A stretch of 63,895 nt of DNA, filler included, from Octopus bimaculoides (Eukaryota), in assembly GCF_001194135.2 (NCBI RefSeq). It is 7 parts of 7 records of this genome, joined end to end, with 100 filler letters (N's around TTAATTAATTAA, not from the genome) between each part and the next. Parts side by side here need not be neighbours in the genome. Positions count along the whole stretch, not along the records: positions 38,923 to 51,554 come from NC_068985.1; positions 51,655 to 57,917 come from NC_069002.1; 5 more parts are not named here. The stretch is one strand, 5' to 3'. Both the position numbers and the translations under genes were made by a program. Under the pieces are notes generated by a model. It made no database searches. It was given only the letters and a program-made list of their open reading frames with translations, and had not been told where the DNA came from. This document shows, one piece after another, positions 41,206 to 55,577 of the stretch (position 1 is the first letter of the stretch; each line of letters starts with the position of its first letter).

Positions 41206-42517
41206 GAACGTACTAGTATACCAATAAGAAACTTGATGGAAATTTTGACCTTCTGTGTAGAAACTACCTACTTCAGTATGGACACTGATATATATATTGA
41301 CAAGAGTGGGGTTTAGCTATGGGTTCGCCATTATCACCGGTAATAGCCAATATATACATGGAATACTTTGAGAATTTGGCTTTAGGATCAACACCACTAA
41401 AACCAACAAGATGGCTACGATATGTTAATGACACATTTATACTCTGGCCCCACCAGGAAGATGTCCAAGTGCTGTTAGATCATGTGAATTCAATAAAGCC
41501 ATCCATACAGTTCACAATGGAAAAGGAAAAAGACAATCAGCTGGCATTCCTGGACATATTAATAACACGCACCAAGTATGGATTCAGGACATTCGTATAC
41601 CGCAAGCCGACCTTCACTGGACGATACCTCAACTTCAATTCCCACCATCCATATAGTGTAAAGAGAGGGATTGCTCAGTGCCTAAAACATCGTGCAAAGA
41701 ATATAAGTAGCGATCGTGATACACACCACGAAGAAATGATCAAGCTCAATAACGACCTGTTTAGCAACAACTACCTCAAAAGTATACTATCGACTCCAAT
41801 TATGAAGAAGAGAGAGGATGAGGCCAATAAACTGTCCACAGTCTGTCTACCCTCTGTGAAAGGCCTCTCCGAAAAGATACAAAAGATATGTGGCCCATAT
41901 GACATCAGGACAGTATTCAAGAGTAATACAACACTTCACAAATATCTTCTTCGAGTAAAACCTCCAATAGAAGAGAATATGACCAAAGACTGCGTGTACT
42001 CCATCCCATGCAGCTGTGGTAGGTTATACAAAGGCGAAACATGCCGCCCCTTCAAAATAAGGGTAGACGATCATCGCAAAGCTGTGATACAAGGAGATAT
42101 TGATAAATCGAGTATAGGTGATCATGCATGGCAAAATGGAGACCACTTCCCCCTGTGAAAGAAGCAGCACATATGCGAGGGCACAACAACCTCCTAAGCA
42201 GACCGAGTGCAGATATAAGCAACATATGGGAAGCGGTATTAAGGAAGGATAGAAAATTATCAGATTTATAAGTCCTAAAATTCACTCCATAATTGCCCGA
42301 GTTCGATTCCAAGCAGTAATAATAATAATAATAATAATAATAATGATAAGAACAATAATAACAATAACAATAACAACAACAACATCGAAAAATACCTTAG
42401 GAATGGAGGGTATATCAGCCGAAACGTTGTGTTAACAACAAACAACAAACAAGATGAGAACAAATATCCGTCTAATGTAAATAATGTACATAATTCCTCA
42501 TCTCTTAAATATAGAAC
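41206..42517 (+). mobile_element. Penelope-like element (PLE), 5'-truncated: RT plus GIY-YIG endonuclease and terminal repeat
   Basis: ORF 41319-42158 carries GSPLSPVIANIYME, WLRYVNDTF (YVDD mutated), FLDILI, YRKPTFTGRYLNFNSHHP and the GIY-YIG-type CVYSIPCSCGRLYKGET. The upstream frameshifted part reads TTYF...QEWGLAM. The 3' repeat is shared with 7110-7277. Confidence 0.9.
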
Positions 42518-43104
42518 AGGAATAATAAATAAATAACAATAGTAATAATCCTTTCTTACTTTGTCACAGAGCCTGCAAATTTAAGGGGTTACATCGACCC
42601 CAGCACTCAAACGGTACCTGTTTCATCGACTCCGAAAGGATGAAAGGCAAAGGTGTCCTCGGCGAGATTTGAACTCAGAAAGTGAAGAACCGGGGTAAAT
42701 ACCGTAAGAAATTCTATCCAACACTGTAACCATTCAGCCAATCAATAATATTCATATTTTTGCATTCAAATACCTCTCGCGTCGCCATAAAAAAAAAAGA
42801 CTCAGATCAGAACATCAAATCTGGAATATACACTTCTCCTTTAATCTCAGAGTGGCTCCAGATGTGCCCATGCTGGGGCATAGTTCTTGTGTCAATACTC
42901 TAATTATTTCTGCTTCGAATGTATCAATGTATTCTCTTTTTTTTTTTTTTTTGAAGTTAGAAGAGCTATTTTTTTCCAACTTTTTTTTTTACTGTTTTCA
43001 CGAAATGTACCCCTCAATGAGTGAACAGGTAACGACATTTTCATTTTGTTTTTATAACTGAATCAAGGAGGCTACCCTACTCTTTATCTTTATGTAAGGG
43101 AGAA

Positions 43105-43780
43105 CCATGGCAATCACCACCACCATCAACCACCACCACCCACAACAACAGCAACAACACCACTACCACCACCACCACCACCACCGTAATCACCACCATC
43201 ATCATCACCATCATCATCATCATCATCATCACTGTCGTCGCCGTCTTCGTCGCCGTCTTCGTCGTCGTAGTCCTCCTCCTCCACGTCCTCTTCCTTCCCC
43301 TTCTCCTCCTCTTCCTCCTCCTCTTCATCATCATCGCGTTCCACCTCCATCATCCTCATTCTTATCGATGTCCTAGTCAATGTCGTTGTTGCTATTGTTA
43401 CAGTTAATACTGCAGTTGAAATTGTAAAATGTTTTATTACTGTTGTTGTTGTTGTTGTTGTTAACATCATCATCATCATCATCATTACCACAAACAGCAT
43501 ACCATCCCACTACCGCTCGCACCACCACCACCACCACCACCACCACCACCAGTCGCCATCATCATCATCATCATTATCATCATCGCCATAGTCATTAGAA
43601 TCACAATAATCTACATTATCGTCATAGTCATCATCATCACTATCATCACCATAGTCATAAGAATCATCATCGTCGCCGCTGTCGTCGTCTTCATCATCAT
43701 CATCATCATCACCATCACCATCACCATCATCGTCATCATCATCATCATCATCATCGTCGTCGTCGTCGCCGTCATCATGC
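43105..43780. repeat. Mosaic trinucleotide field (CAC/CAA/CAT/CGT/CCT/GTT)
   Basis: Direct observation. Similar fields at 33330-33720, 34020-34285 and 44250-44655. Confidence 0.9.
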
Positions 43781-43929
43781 ATTTATGAACGCATGACACT
43801 TCTACCGCTTCTGTCTCGCCTCTTCGATACTGTCTATATCCCAGAGATTCCCTTCTTTCCTCCACACCCCAATCCATTTGTTCTCGTCTCTCTTCCACCC
43901 CCTCTCTCTCTCTCTTTCTCTCACCTTTT

Positions 43930-43968
<39 letters not shown>

Positions 43969-44300
43969 CTCTCCTTTCTCGTTCTCTTTCAAGTAGTTGC
44001 TTTATTACGTTTTTTTAAAAATTATTATTCGTTATTCCCCTCTTCCACTTCACAATCTGTATGTCTAATTAGTGCACATAGAAACTAATGCAGTTCGGCC
44101 ACAGTTGGAAATGTTCAGCAGCTAATTTCCTACTTCCAACACACCATCCCCTCCTTATACATTGACCTTACACAGTTGCCTTACTCAAGCACGCTTCCTT
44201 TTTTATATATATATATATATATTATTTTATTTATTCACGTATTTTCTTTTATAATAATCATCATAATCATCATCATCATCAATATTATTATTATCATCAA

Positions 44301-44414
<114 letters not shown>

Positions 44415-44528
44415 CATCATTATCATTATCATTATCATTATTANNNNNNNNNNNNNNNNNNNNNNNNNNNNNNNNNNNNNNNNNNNNNNNNNNNNNNNNN
44501 NNNNNNNNNATATTATTATTATCATCAA

Positions 44529-44655
<127 letters not shown>

Positions 44656-44968
44656 TCTGAAACGGCAGTTGTTCACAAGGCCATTCTCCTTTTTCGTTCG
44701 TTGATAACATGCATTGTGGGATAGATATGTATATGTACACCGGAGCTTATGTTCTAGTTCACATACACACATACACAAGCACACACACATGAACAGACGC
44801 AGACGCACGCGAGCAGGCATGCACGGAAACATTCATATATTCATACATTTAAATGTACATGCACACGCACACACGCACACACACACAGACACACAGACAC
44901 ACATGCGCACACGTCAAATAAAGTATTTATATGTGCATGTACGCATACATCGGTGTGTATACACTCAC

Positions 44969-45009
<41 letters not shown>

Positions 45010-46787
45010 CAAACAGACAGATAAATAGATACATACATACATACATATGTATATACATATGCGTATGCATGTATATATGCATGCGTGTGTGTATGTGTGT
45101 GTGTGTATATATAAATATATGTATACACACACACACGTACACACATACATGCATTACATAAATATATGAATATATATATATACGTACACACACACACACA
45201 CACACACACATGTATATACATATACACACACATTGTTTTTGGCAAATATATATATATATATATATATAGGGACACGGACATACACTCAAATACAAACACA
45301 AATACACCCACGCAAGCATATCTTACGTACGCATACATAAGCATATGTGAGTGTGTTATGGAGTGTATGTGTGTGCGTGTACGTGAGCATGTGTGCGCGC
45401 ACACGCATTATACGAACGCTGTAGAGATAAATTCTCGACAGAACTACATCCACGCCCTAACTTCATTTTCTCTTTTAATGTTTTGTTTTTGCTTCACTTA
45501 TGTTACCAACACAATTGGTAGAGGTATGAACGTCTCCAATGACTTTTTAACACGTCTTTTGAGTAATTAAGGCTAATAATCCTTACATAAATGCCACTGA
45601 TTAGGAATATAGTAAATATGTATGTATGCATCTAGCTACAAATCTTATTATCCATTCACCTATCTATCTACACACATACATAAACGTATATACATATATG
45701 CATACATATATAAGTATATATATATACATATATAAGTATATGTATATATATANNNNNNNNNNTGTATGAACGTATGTATGTATAAAACCGTTTTCAACGG
45801 TGAAAATTAAGAGAAGTTATTCAGAGGCCACGAGTTTCGTGTGTAATACTTGTCTAACTAAAATGTATGCTTCTTGGAGGAATCATTCATACAGTTGGCA
45901 CACACGCACGCGCAAGTATATACACACACTCACACACGCATACATACACACACACACAAACACATACGCACATATATACACATATATACATGTGTGCGTG
46001 TTTATACACACACACTCACACACACGCATATATGTGCATACACATAATAGTTATATAATTAAGAGGAAAAGTGCTCAATGCATACAGTAGAGCTGAATAA
46101 TATATGCTTATATAACAACCGCCAGTGTTATGTAAATGCATGATGATGAGTAGACAGAGTAAATATTCTGATTTCTACATATCATAGAAATATTGCTTCT
46201 CTTTTGTCATATATTTCTCTACCTCTCTTCTCTTTACACAAATAAAATCTATCTATTAGTCTTTTGTCGAGTCCTAGTAAATAAATTTTGATAATTTCAG
46301 TAAATTATATTTGTCTATATCAGAGAAATTGTTATTGTTATTACTGCTGTTGTCGCCTTTGTCATCGTTTAGCTCCAGGTCAGCTGTGATTAAGCAGACC
46401 TATGATCAAACAGTGACACGCAGCATTTCAATTAGGCCATTGGTTCATTTTTCCATGGGAAATTAAGATGCTCCTGTCACTTCTCAAATAGCAACTGTTA
46501 TTCCTGGAATAAGAGGAAATAGCAGTGGATATCGTGACGTTGTTTTGCGTTAAACATGATCTAGGTTTGCAGTGAATTAGCCAGCTAAATCAAGATTGTC
46601 ATCTTTGTTCTTTTGTTCCCAAGGGGAGAGAAAGCTTGAGACATGACACTCATGGATGGGAAAAATGACAACAACAGAATAATAAATAAATAAATTACTC
46701 AGATGAACTATCATTTATGCAGGGCGATGACTCAAATCAATGATTGCGAAATACTTCGTTTGGGTGGAAGATATTCAGAAGAGTTAC

Positions 46788-47193
46788 TCTCTCTTTACTT
46801 GTTTCAGTCATTTGACTGCGGCCATGCTGGATCACCGCCTTTAGTCGAGCAAATCGACCCCAGGACTTATTCTTTGTAAGCCTAGTACTTATTCTATCGG
46901 TCTCTTTTGCCAAACCGCTAAGTTGCGGGGACGTAAACACACCAGCATCGGTTGTCAAGTGATGTTGGGGGACAAACACAGACACAAACATATGCACACA
47001 CTTACATATATATATATATATATATATATACGACAGGCTTCTTTCAGTTTCCGTCTACCAAATCCACTCACAAAACTTTGGTCGGCCCAAGGTTATAGTA
47101 GAAGACATTTGCCCAAGGTGCCACGCAGTGGGAATGAACCCGGAGCCATGTGGTTGGTAAGCAAGCTACTTACCACACAGCCACTCCTGCGCC
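46788..47193 (-). mobile_element. SINE family B, near full length
   Basis: Reverse complement closely matches 36983-37375. Confidence 0.85.
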
Positions 47194-47828
47194 TATAATA
47201 GTTGTTCACAACTATTGAAAATCTGAAACGTGGCGGCTCCTATAGGTTAAAGACCTATACAGTATGTTACAAAAGCTTGAATATGAAATACAAAGTGACA
47301 ACCCAAATAGTTGTATTGGTGGCTATGTTGAGCTTTCATATTCTTTTATTTGTGAATACAGGTAGTGCAAAAAAGCAAGAAATTTCATGTTATCGATTCT
47401 ATGAGAGAAGACATTATCAATATTTTTATGGTAGAAGCAGTGATTTACAATAGTATTGATTGACACAAAGATAATCTGAACAATTATCTAAAGAGACTCC
47501 TAAACAATGTAGCAGTGGAAACATTGGGGGAGTATCCACTTCCATGTTTTGATCTTGAGAGAAAGATACGTTGTAATGCTATTGTGAAATTTTGATAAGG
47601 ATAATAGACTTTACAATGGAAGAAGAATCCAAATAACCTATTTACACGAGAACATTATTGAAGGTAGCATTACACAACAATAGACAGTGGAAACCCAGCT
47701 TTCTCAAGGTATTGAATTTGATTTCAGCTTTGTTTTAGGAAGTGGAAAAAAATTTAGCATTGAGAACATCAAAAATCATTCTTAGTAGTCGTTTGATATA
47801 GCTGCACTGATAGGCAACAGTCATCTTC

Positions 47829-47996
47829 AACATCCTCTCAAACAATCTAGACCAAGTACGTAAATGGCTACTCATCGGTATGACAGCTATGATTCTGAAG
47901 AAAATGATAACGGATGATATATCTAACCATCACCCTAGCTCCTATAAACCAGTAATCTATAAACTGCTTTCCGAAATACTATTCAAAAGGATAATT
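47829..47996 (+). pseudogene. Decayed non-LTR reverse transcriptase fragment (Dong/R4-like)
   Basis: KWLLIGMTAMILKKMITDDISNHHP...IYKLLSEILFKRI resembles RT subdomain 0-1 (WL..G.T.LIPK...NYRPI...YKL). Confidence 0.5.
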
Positions 47997-48989
47997 TGAA
48001 CATTCACACACACACACACATTGTGATTCCTGTAGAGTAGAAGTGGAAGTGAAGTACGTATACCGAAGCCTTACACGACAATCAGTCAGCTCTTTGCTAA
48101 CTCTGATCGTTACCAAAATACAATTACGAATAAAAGAACTTGTCATATACCTTGGTCAACTAAAAGAGTACGTACGCCGCTATATGTATATATAAAAAAA
48201 AAGAAAACATAAAATGGAACAAGAACGTAACAAGCGACAACAAAACATCCGGACAGTTAGACGATACAAAAAAGGATAGGAAAAAACAAGGACGGATCAT
48301 TCGGAGCTTCCTATCCTCAGTCGAGTTCCAGATCGTCTTTGCAGTTTCGGCCGGTTACACTCGAGAATGCTCCAATCTGGCTGGCCCTAAGAAAATCTAG
48401 GCTAAGAGCACTAGATTCCGTGGAAAAAAGCAAGCGAATGTAATCGAAAAGAAGGACGAAACAACGGACAGATGGTACACAATTACAAATACAAACAACA
48501 GGACATTACCAACTGGTGCCTTTCGACTAAGGACGTATTAAATTAAACTGGCGTGTGTGGAAGTGAAGCTTTACGGCAGGAACATAAGAGATGAAAATCA
48601 CGGGAAGGAATATAAGAAATTCTACACGGATGGTAGTCGAACCAAGAAAGAAAGGTCAGGCTTGGAGGAACACGGGTCAAGTGGAAGAAGAGAGAGGTAG
48701 GGGAAGAGGGACAGAAGAATTAGGGAGGGACGAGAAAGAGAGAAAAAGAAAGGAAAGGGACAGAGTGAGGTTAAAGAGGAGGGTAAGTGAGAATGAAGAG
48801 AAGGCCAAGAAATGTGAGAGAGGAGGAGCGAGAAAAAGAAAAGTGGAAAGAACGAAGAAAGAGTGTATATAGTGTTAAACACTTTCGGTATGCAAATTAG
48901 GAACTCCTTCATAGAGTAACTGCTGCATTTGTTGACAATAGAAACAGTTTGGCTGCTTGTTTCTCTGGAGACCGTCAGAATGATGTAGA

Positions 48990-49035
48990 CACCTTTGATG
49001 AGAACCCAGTAAGGTTCAAAAATTAATTAAAGTTG
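48990..49035 (+). ncRNA. Degenerate hammerhead-like motif (second family)
   Basis: CACCTT/AAGTTG stem I (1 mismatch), TGATGA (C3 missing), perfect stem II GAACC-cagtaa-GGTTC, AAAA in place of GAAA, palindromic AATTAATT helix III. Confidence 0.4.
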
Positions 49036-51654
49036 TTCATCTTGTTTTCAGTCTGCCGAGTAATGGCTAAAATTTGCCCTGTTTATAATTATACCATATG
49101 ATACATACATACATATATATATACTTTATTTAAAAGCAGCAGAAATATAACAATCTCATGATTGTTAACAATCTCATGTCACAATTCACAACTGTCACAA
49201 TTTACCGATCATGACTTATCAGTTCAATTTTTGAACCTCATGATTCACGACCAAAAATACCGATTGTTATATCTTTTAAACGTCTCCACCAAATATACTG
49301 CTACATGGCCTTCGAAGTTGACGCCTCGAGCCATAAGTAGCGACCTTCTTTACAAGGATCGAGGATCTTTGGCATCAACACCTCACAGAGATTTTATTAT
49401 TCCCTAATTTTTGCTGAAAGCAGGATGAATTTCTTTATAACCGATTCGGGTAACTCTCAAGCCCCATCATACACATTACAAACGCATTCCCACCTGCGCA
49501 GTGTTTTAAAATAATTGTTACTCCATTCTAGAAATTTTCTTATTTAGTTTTCATTAATTTTATATATTTCACTTCACCTTTTTCATTTTTCATTTCTCGT
49601 TTTTCTGTTCACAAAGACGACGAGTGACGCCCCGAGGATATATAGTTCCGAATTTTTTGTGCCTTTAACTACATCGTAATAAATACTGCACTTACTAAAC
49701 AAAATTACACAATATCAGCAATAGAACAGGTCTTCAGAAATTCCGGGTTGGTGTTTGGCGTGCTGGAAGACCACTGAGAGTGAGGCATCCTTCCACTTTT
49801 GTTAAAGTATGCCTCTAGAACACGCTTCAAACCTAGACTACATCTGCTCCGATAATCGGCGGTGACGTCTTCTGCGAATCCTCTGCGACGGTCGATAATC
49901 GACGGCAAGATGAGCTGTTACGGATCATACAATCCCAAAGTGTGTATGCATGTGACTGGGGACCACACGTGAACTGGTATTCCCGCTGAAACTCCGAACA
50001 TGAGCTCTCCATCTCAGCAGCGAGTGACGACCACAGCTAGGGTGTCCGCGATGTCTGACCCGCCTACTCTTCCAGTAGGACATTTGTCAAATTTACAAGT
50101 TGGGTATTTGGGCCGCAGGCAGAAACATTACTTTGCCTGCTAGAACGTTAGGGCCGACAGTCGGATTGGTCAGCCTTGGTGAGGGATGATCTCGCTGGTC
50201 GGAACCGGCTCAACCCACCCCAAGTGAATGCCGTCGCAAGTGCAAGTAAATACAAGTATATCAAGACACTGAACTATACAATATGTCACTACAGTATTCC
50301 ACTTCTCTTTACAATTACAACATTACACTATAATATACAACACAATACTATATTATTACACATCACTATTAGGCGGCGAGCTGGCTGAATCGTTATCACG
50401 CCGAGTAAAATGATTAGCGGCATTTGACTTTGCCTTTCATCCCTTCGGGGTCGATAAAATAAAGTACCAGTTGAGCATTGGGGTCGATGTAATCGACTTC
50501 GACCCTCTCCCAAAACTGTTGGCCTTGTTCCAAAATTTGGAACCATTATAACTCAACACTATATGTACAATATTACACTACATTAGTACACTACATTAAA
50601 CAACATTACACCACGCTATACAATATTACACATTGAGAAACTTAAGCAAGTGTTAGATAAAGAATGACCTAAAGGTGGATGGAATAGCTAAGGATTGGGG
50701 ATAAGGGAGAGGTAGAGTGACAGAGAGAGTGTGACATAGGGGTAGAGATTGGGTAACAATGATCTGCCTGGGCAATAAATAAACAAATGCATAAATAAAT
50801 AGATAAATAAATAAAATATCAGAATGAACTGTTTTCCCCCTCAGGCCCTTGGGTAACACCTCATTACTGGCGGATAAGTTAATCCAACGTATAGATTGCT
50901 AACTAGCCAACCATATAATTGTGGTGGTGGTGGTGGTGGTTACGCTGTCGGTGGTGATGGTGCTGATATCAATGGTAGTGCTGATGAAGATGGTGATGAT
51001 ACTGATATTGTGTTAGGATAAATAGAATATTCAAGTGTAGGTCTCGAGATATTGTTGTATTGTGTTTTCATGCAACATATTTTCGATACTATTTTAATTC
51101 GATTCAAGCATAGCGTAAGTAACTTGTAGTGCACAATGGTGTACTGCAAAATAGAGTACAGTGGTATAGTTATGTAGAGTGTTGTGTAGTAATAGAGTAC
51201 GGTGGTATAGTTGCAGAGTGTTGTGTAGTAATATGGTGTGATAATGGTGCAAGCATGGCTGTGTTGTTAAGAAGATCGCTTTGCAGCCATATAGTTTCGG
51301 GGTTCAGTCGCACATCGCAACAATAAGCATTGGGGTCGATTCGTTCGATTAAAACCCTTCAAAGTGGTGTCCCAGCATAGTCGTAGTCCAGTGACTGAAA
51401 CAAGTAAAAGATAAAAGAAAGCGCAGTGATGTTGTAGTTGTAGCTCTTAGTTCTAGCAGTGCAGGTGTTTCCTAACAGTCGCTTTTAGTGTCATTTGTAA
51501 TTCTCTTTTTCAGTGAAACATTGCAATATATATATATTATATATATATATATATNNNNNNNNNNNNNNNNNNNNNNNNNNNNNNNNNNNNNNNNNNNNTT
51601 AATTAATTAANNNNNNNNNNNNNNNNNNNNNNNNNNNNNNNNNNNNNNNNNNNN

Positions 51655-51688
<34 letters not shown>

Positions 51689-52704
51689 TATCTCACTGTC
51701 AATCTATCTACCTATCTATCTACCCACCTATCTATCTAACTATCTAGCTACCCAGCTCTCTCTCTCTCCCTTCCCGCTTCTCTCTCTCTCACTATCTATC
51801 TGTCTCTGCTCACTGTACACACACACATACACAGACACAGACACAGACATACACACATATTGGCACATTGTGTAACATGTCCTCCCAGTCGTTATTAATA
51901 TAACATTGTATTACGGATTTCACCAAATTTTGTTACTTCCAAATAGTTTTTTGTTGTATGCACGGAATCTCCTGTAGCAATAACAATACAGAAACTATTA
52001 CATTTTCACTCATCTGTTTGACTCCCTTAGTAAGCGAAATTTTGTACATCATGAACATGTGAAGGTTTTTCTTTTGTAACGTGAACTATTATATTTTTCT
52101 ATTGTATGCGTTTCGTAACCAGATTGTTACTCCATTCAGTTTTTACCATCTCATTTTCTCAGTTTGGGAAACACGTTGCTGAAATGATTGGTAGAAAGAT
52201 AATGAAGAATATAAATAATATTTTAATTAATTTCTGCTTCTATAAAAAAAAAAAGAATACGTCTCTAATATGGTTCGTTGGTATTTCTCTCATTGAGGGA
52301 AGTTACCATTGAATATAACAAAAGTGTCTGTTTTGACTCCGAGAACTGTTTCATTGACAGCCTTGCAAAGATTAATTTAAATTAATATTAAATGTTGACA
52401 CGGCTCTTTTTCTTTTTTTTTTTTTATTTATTTTTTGGGGATACCACGTAAAACATCTGGTAACAATTCTTCAAATCTCCAATGGCATTTCTACAGATAA
52501 ACTCTGTTATTCCCATAACATTCTTCGTGACAACTATTTCCGTTTCAATCATCTCAACATGATTCTCATTTCCATAAATTTTCTCCTTGCTTTTCTCTTA
52601 TATTCCTGGATATGTACATTGATTCGTTTGTATTTTCTGGATCCCAGAAAGGTCACTGAACTTTGTAACGCATATTATTATCATTATTCAATAGTCATTA
52701 TTGA

Positions 52705-53332
52705 ATTTTTATCACGTGTTTTCATCCTAACTTCCGAGCAGAGCTCTGTGTGCCTTGGTTACATGTTGTAATTCATTTTAATGTCGTTATTTTCATTATA
52801 TTGAAAGGGCTTTACAATGCATAGTAGTACTATTTTCTGTCTGTCATATATATTCGTAATCTCTGGTGTTTTCTTGTTAAGTATTTGCTTGTGCGTTTCT
52901 TAATTACGCCTAACCTATCTATTATTATAGGGGTTGTTTCTGTTTTTAGACTTCACATTTTGGTTATACCATTTTCCAGGTCTTTGTATTTTGAAAGTTT
53001 ATTCGTTTCTTCTTGAAACACATCATTGATACATCGATTACAAGGCATTTTCTTCTTGATAATCTCTGACAACTATATCCAGTCTATTAGATTTGATGCC
53101 ACTATCTGTGACTATTGACATATTCCAGACTATGGTTGCTTTGTCATTTTCTGAGACCTTTTCTGAGATATGTCTACACCATTTTTTCTCTTGTCATTCT
53201 ATACTTGTAGCATAGTTTCTAGTGTATATAGGTCCCAGCTCTGTCATATCTATGGAAATGCTCCTCCTTAGCCATGACTGGGCAGCAAGAGACAATATGA
53301 TTTAGTTTTTCCCCGTCAGTACATATTCTGCC
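52705..53332 (-). mobile_element. Older Dong/R4 3' fragment with zinc knuckle and restriction-like endonuclease
   Basis: The minus strand reads CRICTDGEKLNHIVSCCPVMAK...IVWNMSIVTDSGIKSNRLDIVVRD...LSKYKDLE with stops and frameshifts. The diverged 3' UTR (gagcagagctctgtg) is present. Confidence 0.75.
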
Positions 53333-53403
53333 CCATTACTTATTGTATTTTTATTTAGTATGTGTTGTTGCTGTTGCTGTTGTTGTTGTTACTATTATTA
53401 TCA

Positions 53404-53473
<70 letters not shown>

Positions 53474-54699
53474 GGCGAGATGGCAGAATCGTTAGCACGC
53501 CAGACAAAATCTTAGCGGCATTTCGTCCGTCTTTACGTTCTGAGCTCAAATTCCGTTGAAGTCGACGTTGCTTTTCATCTTTTCGGTGTCGATAAATTAA
53601 ATACCAGTAAAACACTGAGTCCAATATAATCTACTAGTCCCCTCCCACAAAAATTCAGGACTTGTGCCTTTGATAGAAAGGAGTATTATTGTTGTTGTAG
53701 TTGTTGTTTTTGTTATTGTTGTTGCTTCTGCTGTTCATCACAAGAACAGCACTTGTCACGAGAACTCTTTGAGCTATTCACTTCTTTTCATTGTTACAAA
53801 TCTATTTTTGTTCCATTTTGTTGTATAATGTGTTGTTAATTTGAGAAGACCACAAGAGTCAGTGCAAAAGTTATTGTCGTCTTCCCTAAAGGGTGAAATT
53901 TCGAAGAGTTCTTCTTTTCGAAATACTGTTTAAGAATTCAATATGACGGACTCTTCTTCACCAAAGGTAGAAGAGAGGATGGTGGGAAGTAGTTTGAAGG
54001 TGAAATTGACCTTTGCTCTCAGTTTCCAACAAACATAAAAAGAGGTAGTAATAACAGAAACACCAACAACAAAAACATCATGTCCACGAACAGCATCGAA
54101 AATAAAAGACAAAATATGTGAAAGCAACACCACCATTACCACCACCGCCATCACATAAGACAATTAAGCGGCAACAACAATGAAGAAGGAAATCAGGAGA
54201 AAATAAAACGAATCTTGTTCTCACATAGCACAAGCAACTTCAACCATTGCCACCACCACTACCAGCACTGACACCAACAGAGTCGCTGGAAATGGCAAAA
54301 ATGACAAATCACACCTTAATAGGTTCGCATCCGCACTCAGTCAAACACATGAAATTATGTACCTGTCGATATACGATTTAAAAGTGCAAAAGCCATATTA
54401 AAAATAAATCGAAGGGTAACCCTTAACACTCCTAAAGCCATTTTATAGAACACACTGAGAAAAACGGTAACGTGTAAAATAATCGTTTCAAATTTTTCCA
54501 CAAGGGCAGTCATTTTCTGCGAAGAGAGTGTCGATTACATCGACCCCAGTATTTCACTGGTACTTAATCTATCGACCCCCGAAAAGATGAAAGGCAAAGT
54601 CGACTTCGGCGGAATTTGGACTCAATACCGCTAAGCATTTCGCCCGGTACACAACAAAATCGAAAAATGCCTATGTCCAGTATGGGACACAAAAATCAA

Positions 54700-55070
54700 C
54701 GGTGCAAGAGGGAAGAGATATGGCACTGTAGAGGTAAGATATGCCACAAATGGGGAAGGGGAAACGGTAAAGAAGCATTCTACCTTGACCCTTAAAAATG
54801 AAAACCTATTTCTACTACACATATACCTGGGTTATGGAGGGTCGAAAATAAAAATTGCAGATATAACACCGGAAATAGATGTCTAATGGTTGGTGGCAGC
54901 TGTCCAACTGGACATAGGGGGCGAAACTAATATCCTGCAGGTGCAAAAACTGCATGACCGAAACTGGTTGGAGCATAAGCTGGAGTTGTGCGTGTATGTG
55001 GATAGCGAATGCTTACAAACAATTCCGGACATCATAAGTTTACCAGATGGCATCGACCTCCACGTCAAGA
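54700..55070 (+). pseudogene. ORF1 remnant of a Tx1/L1-type LINE
   Basis: GTVEVRYAT...KKHSTLTLKNE...KIKIADITPEID*WLVAAV... is homologous to 58645-58810 and lies upstream of EN/RT remnants in the same orientation. Confidence 0.5.
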
Positions 55071-55577
55071 CCACAACTACCACCACCGGAACAACAACAG
55101 AAACAGCACCAGGCGACTACTACAGCTACAAAATCACAAATTACTGTAGCAGCAGCAATCACAGCGGCAGCGAGAGAAGTAACAGCAACAACAAAAACAA
55201 CAACAATGGAAGCAGCAGCAGGAAAGAGTACGGAGGACTCAGCCACATTAATGGCTTCCACATAGCGGACGGCAGGAGGAACAAAAACATCAGAATACTC
55301 GAAAACAGGAATTTAATTATCAACAGAATACCAGCAAAAGTTTCCCCAAGACATGGCCCTCCCGTATTCAGATCAGTCGGTCATGGCCAGGGGTGAGTAA
55401 GATGTTGAAGAGCCTATATGGCAAAAACTGGTCGACAGATCTAAGAAAAGAGAATGAAATAAAAATACACCGTCACCAACACAAAAATCTGCCAAGTATG
55501 GTCAGAGTGGGGTGGACGCCTTTGAGGAGAAACACACAAATACCACTCCCTCGCCAGTACTGTCAACACATCATCTC

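Noticed and set aside
43077-43967. Poly-D/H/M ORFs
   Set aside because: All frames are low-complexity trinucleotide runs.
48290-48330. Minus-strand CTGAGGA...GAAT motif
   Set aside because: No GAAA, and no stem I or III pairing.
54890-55396. 168-aa ORF as a host gene
   Set aside because: LINE ORF1 remnant running into CAA/CAG low-complexity sequence.
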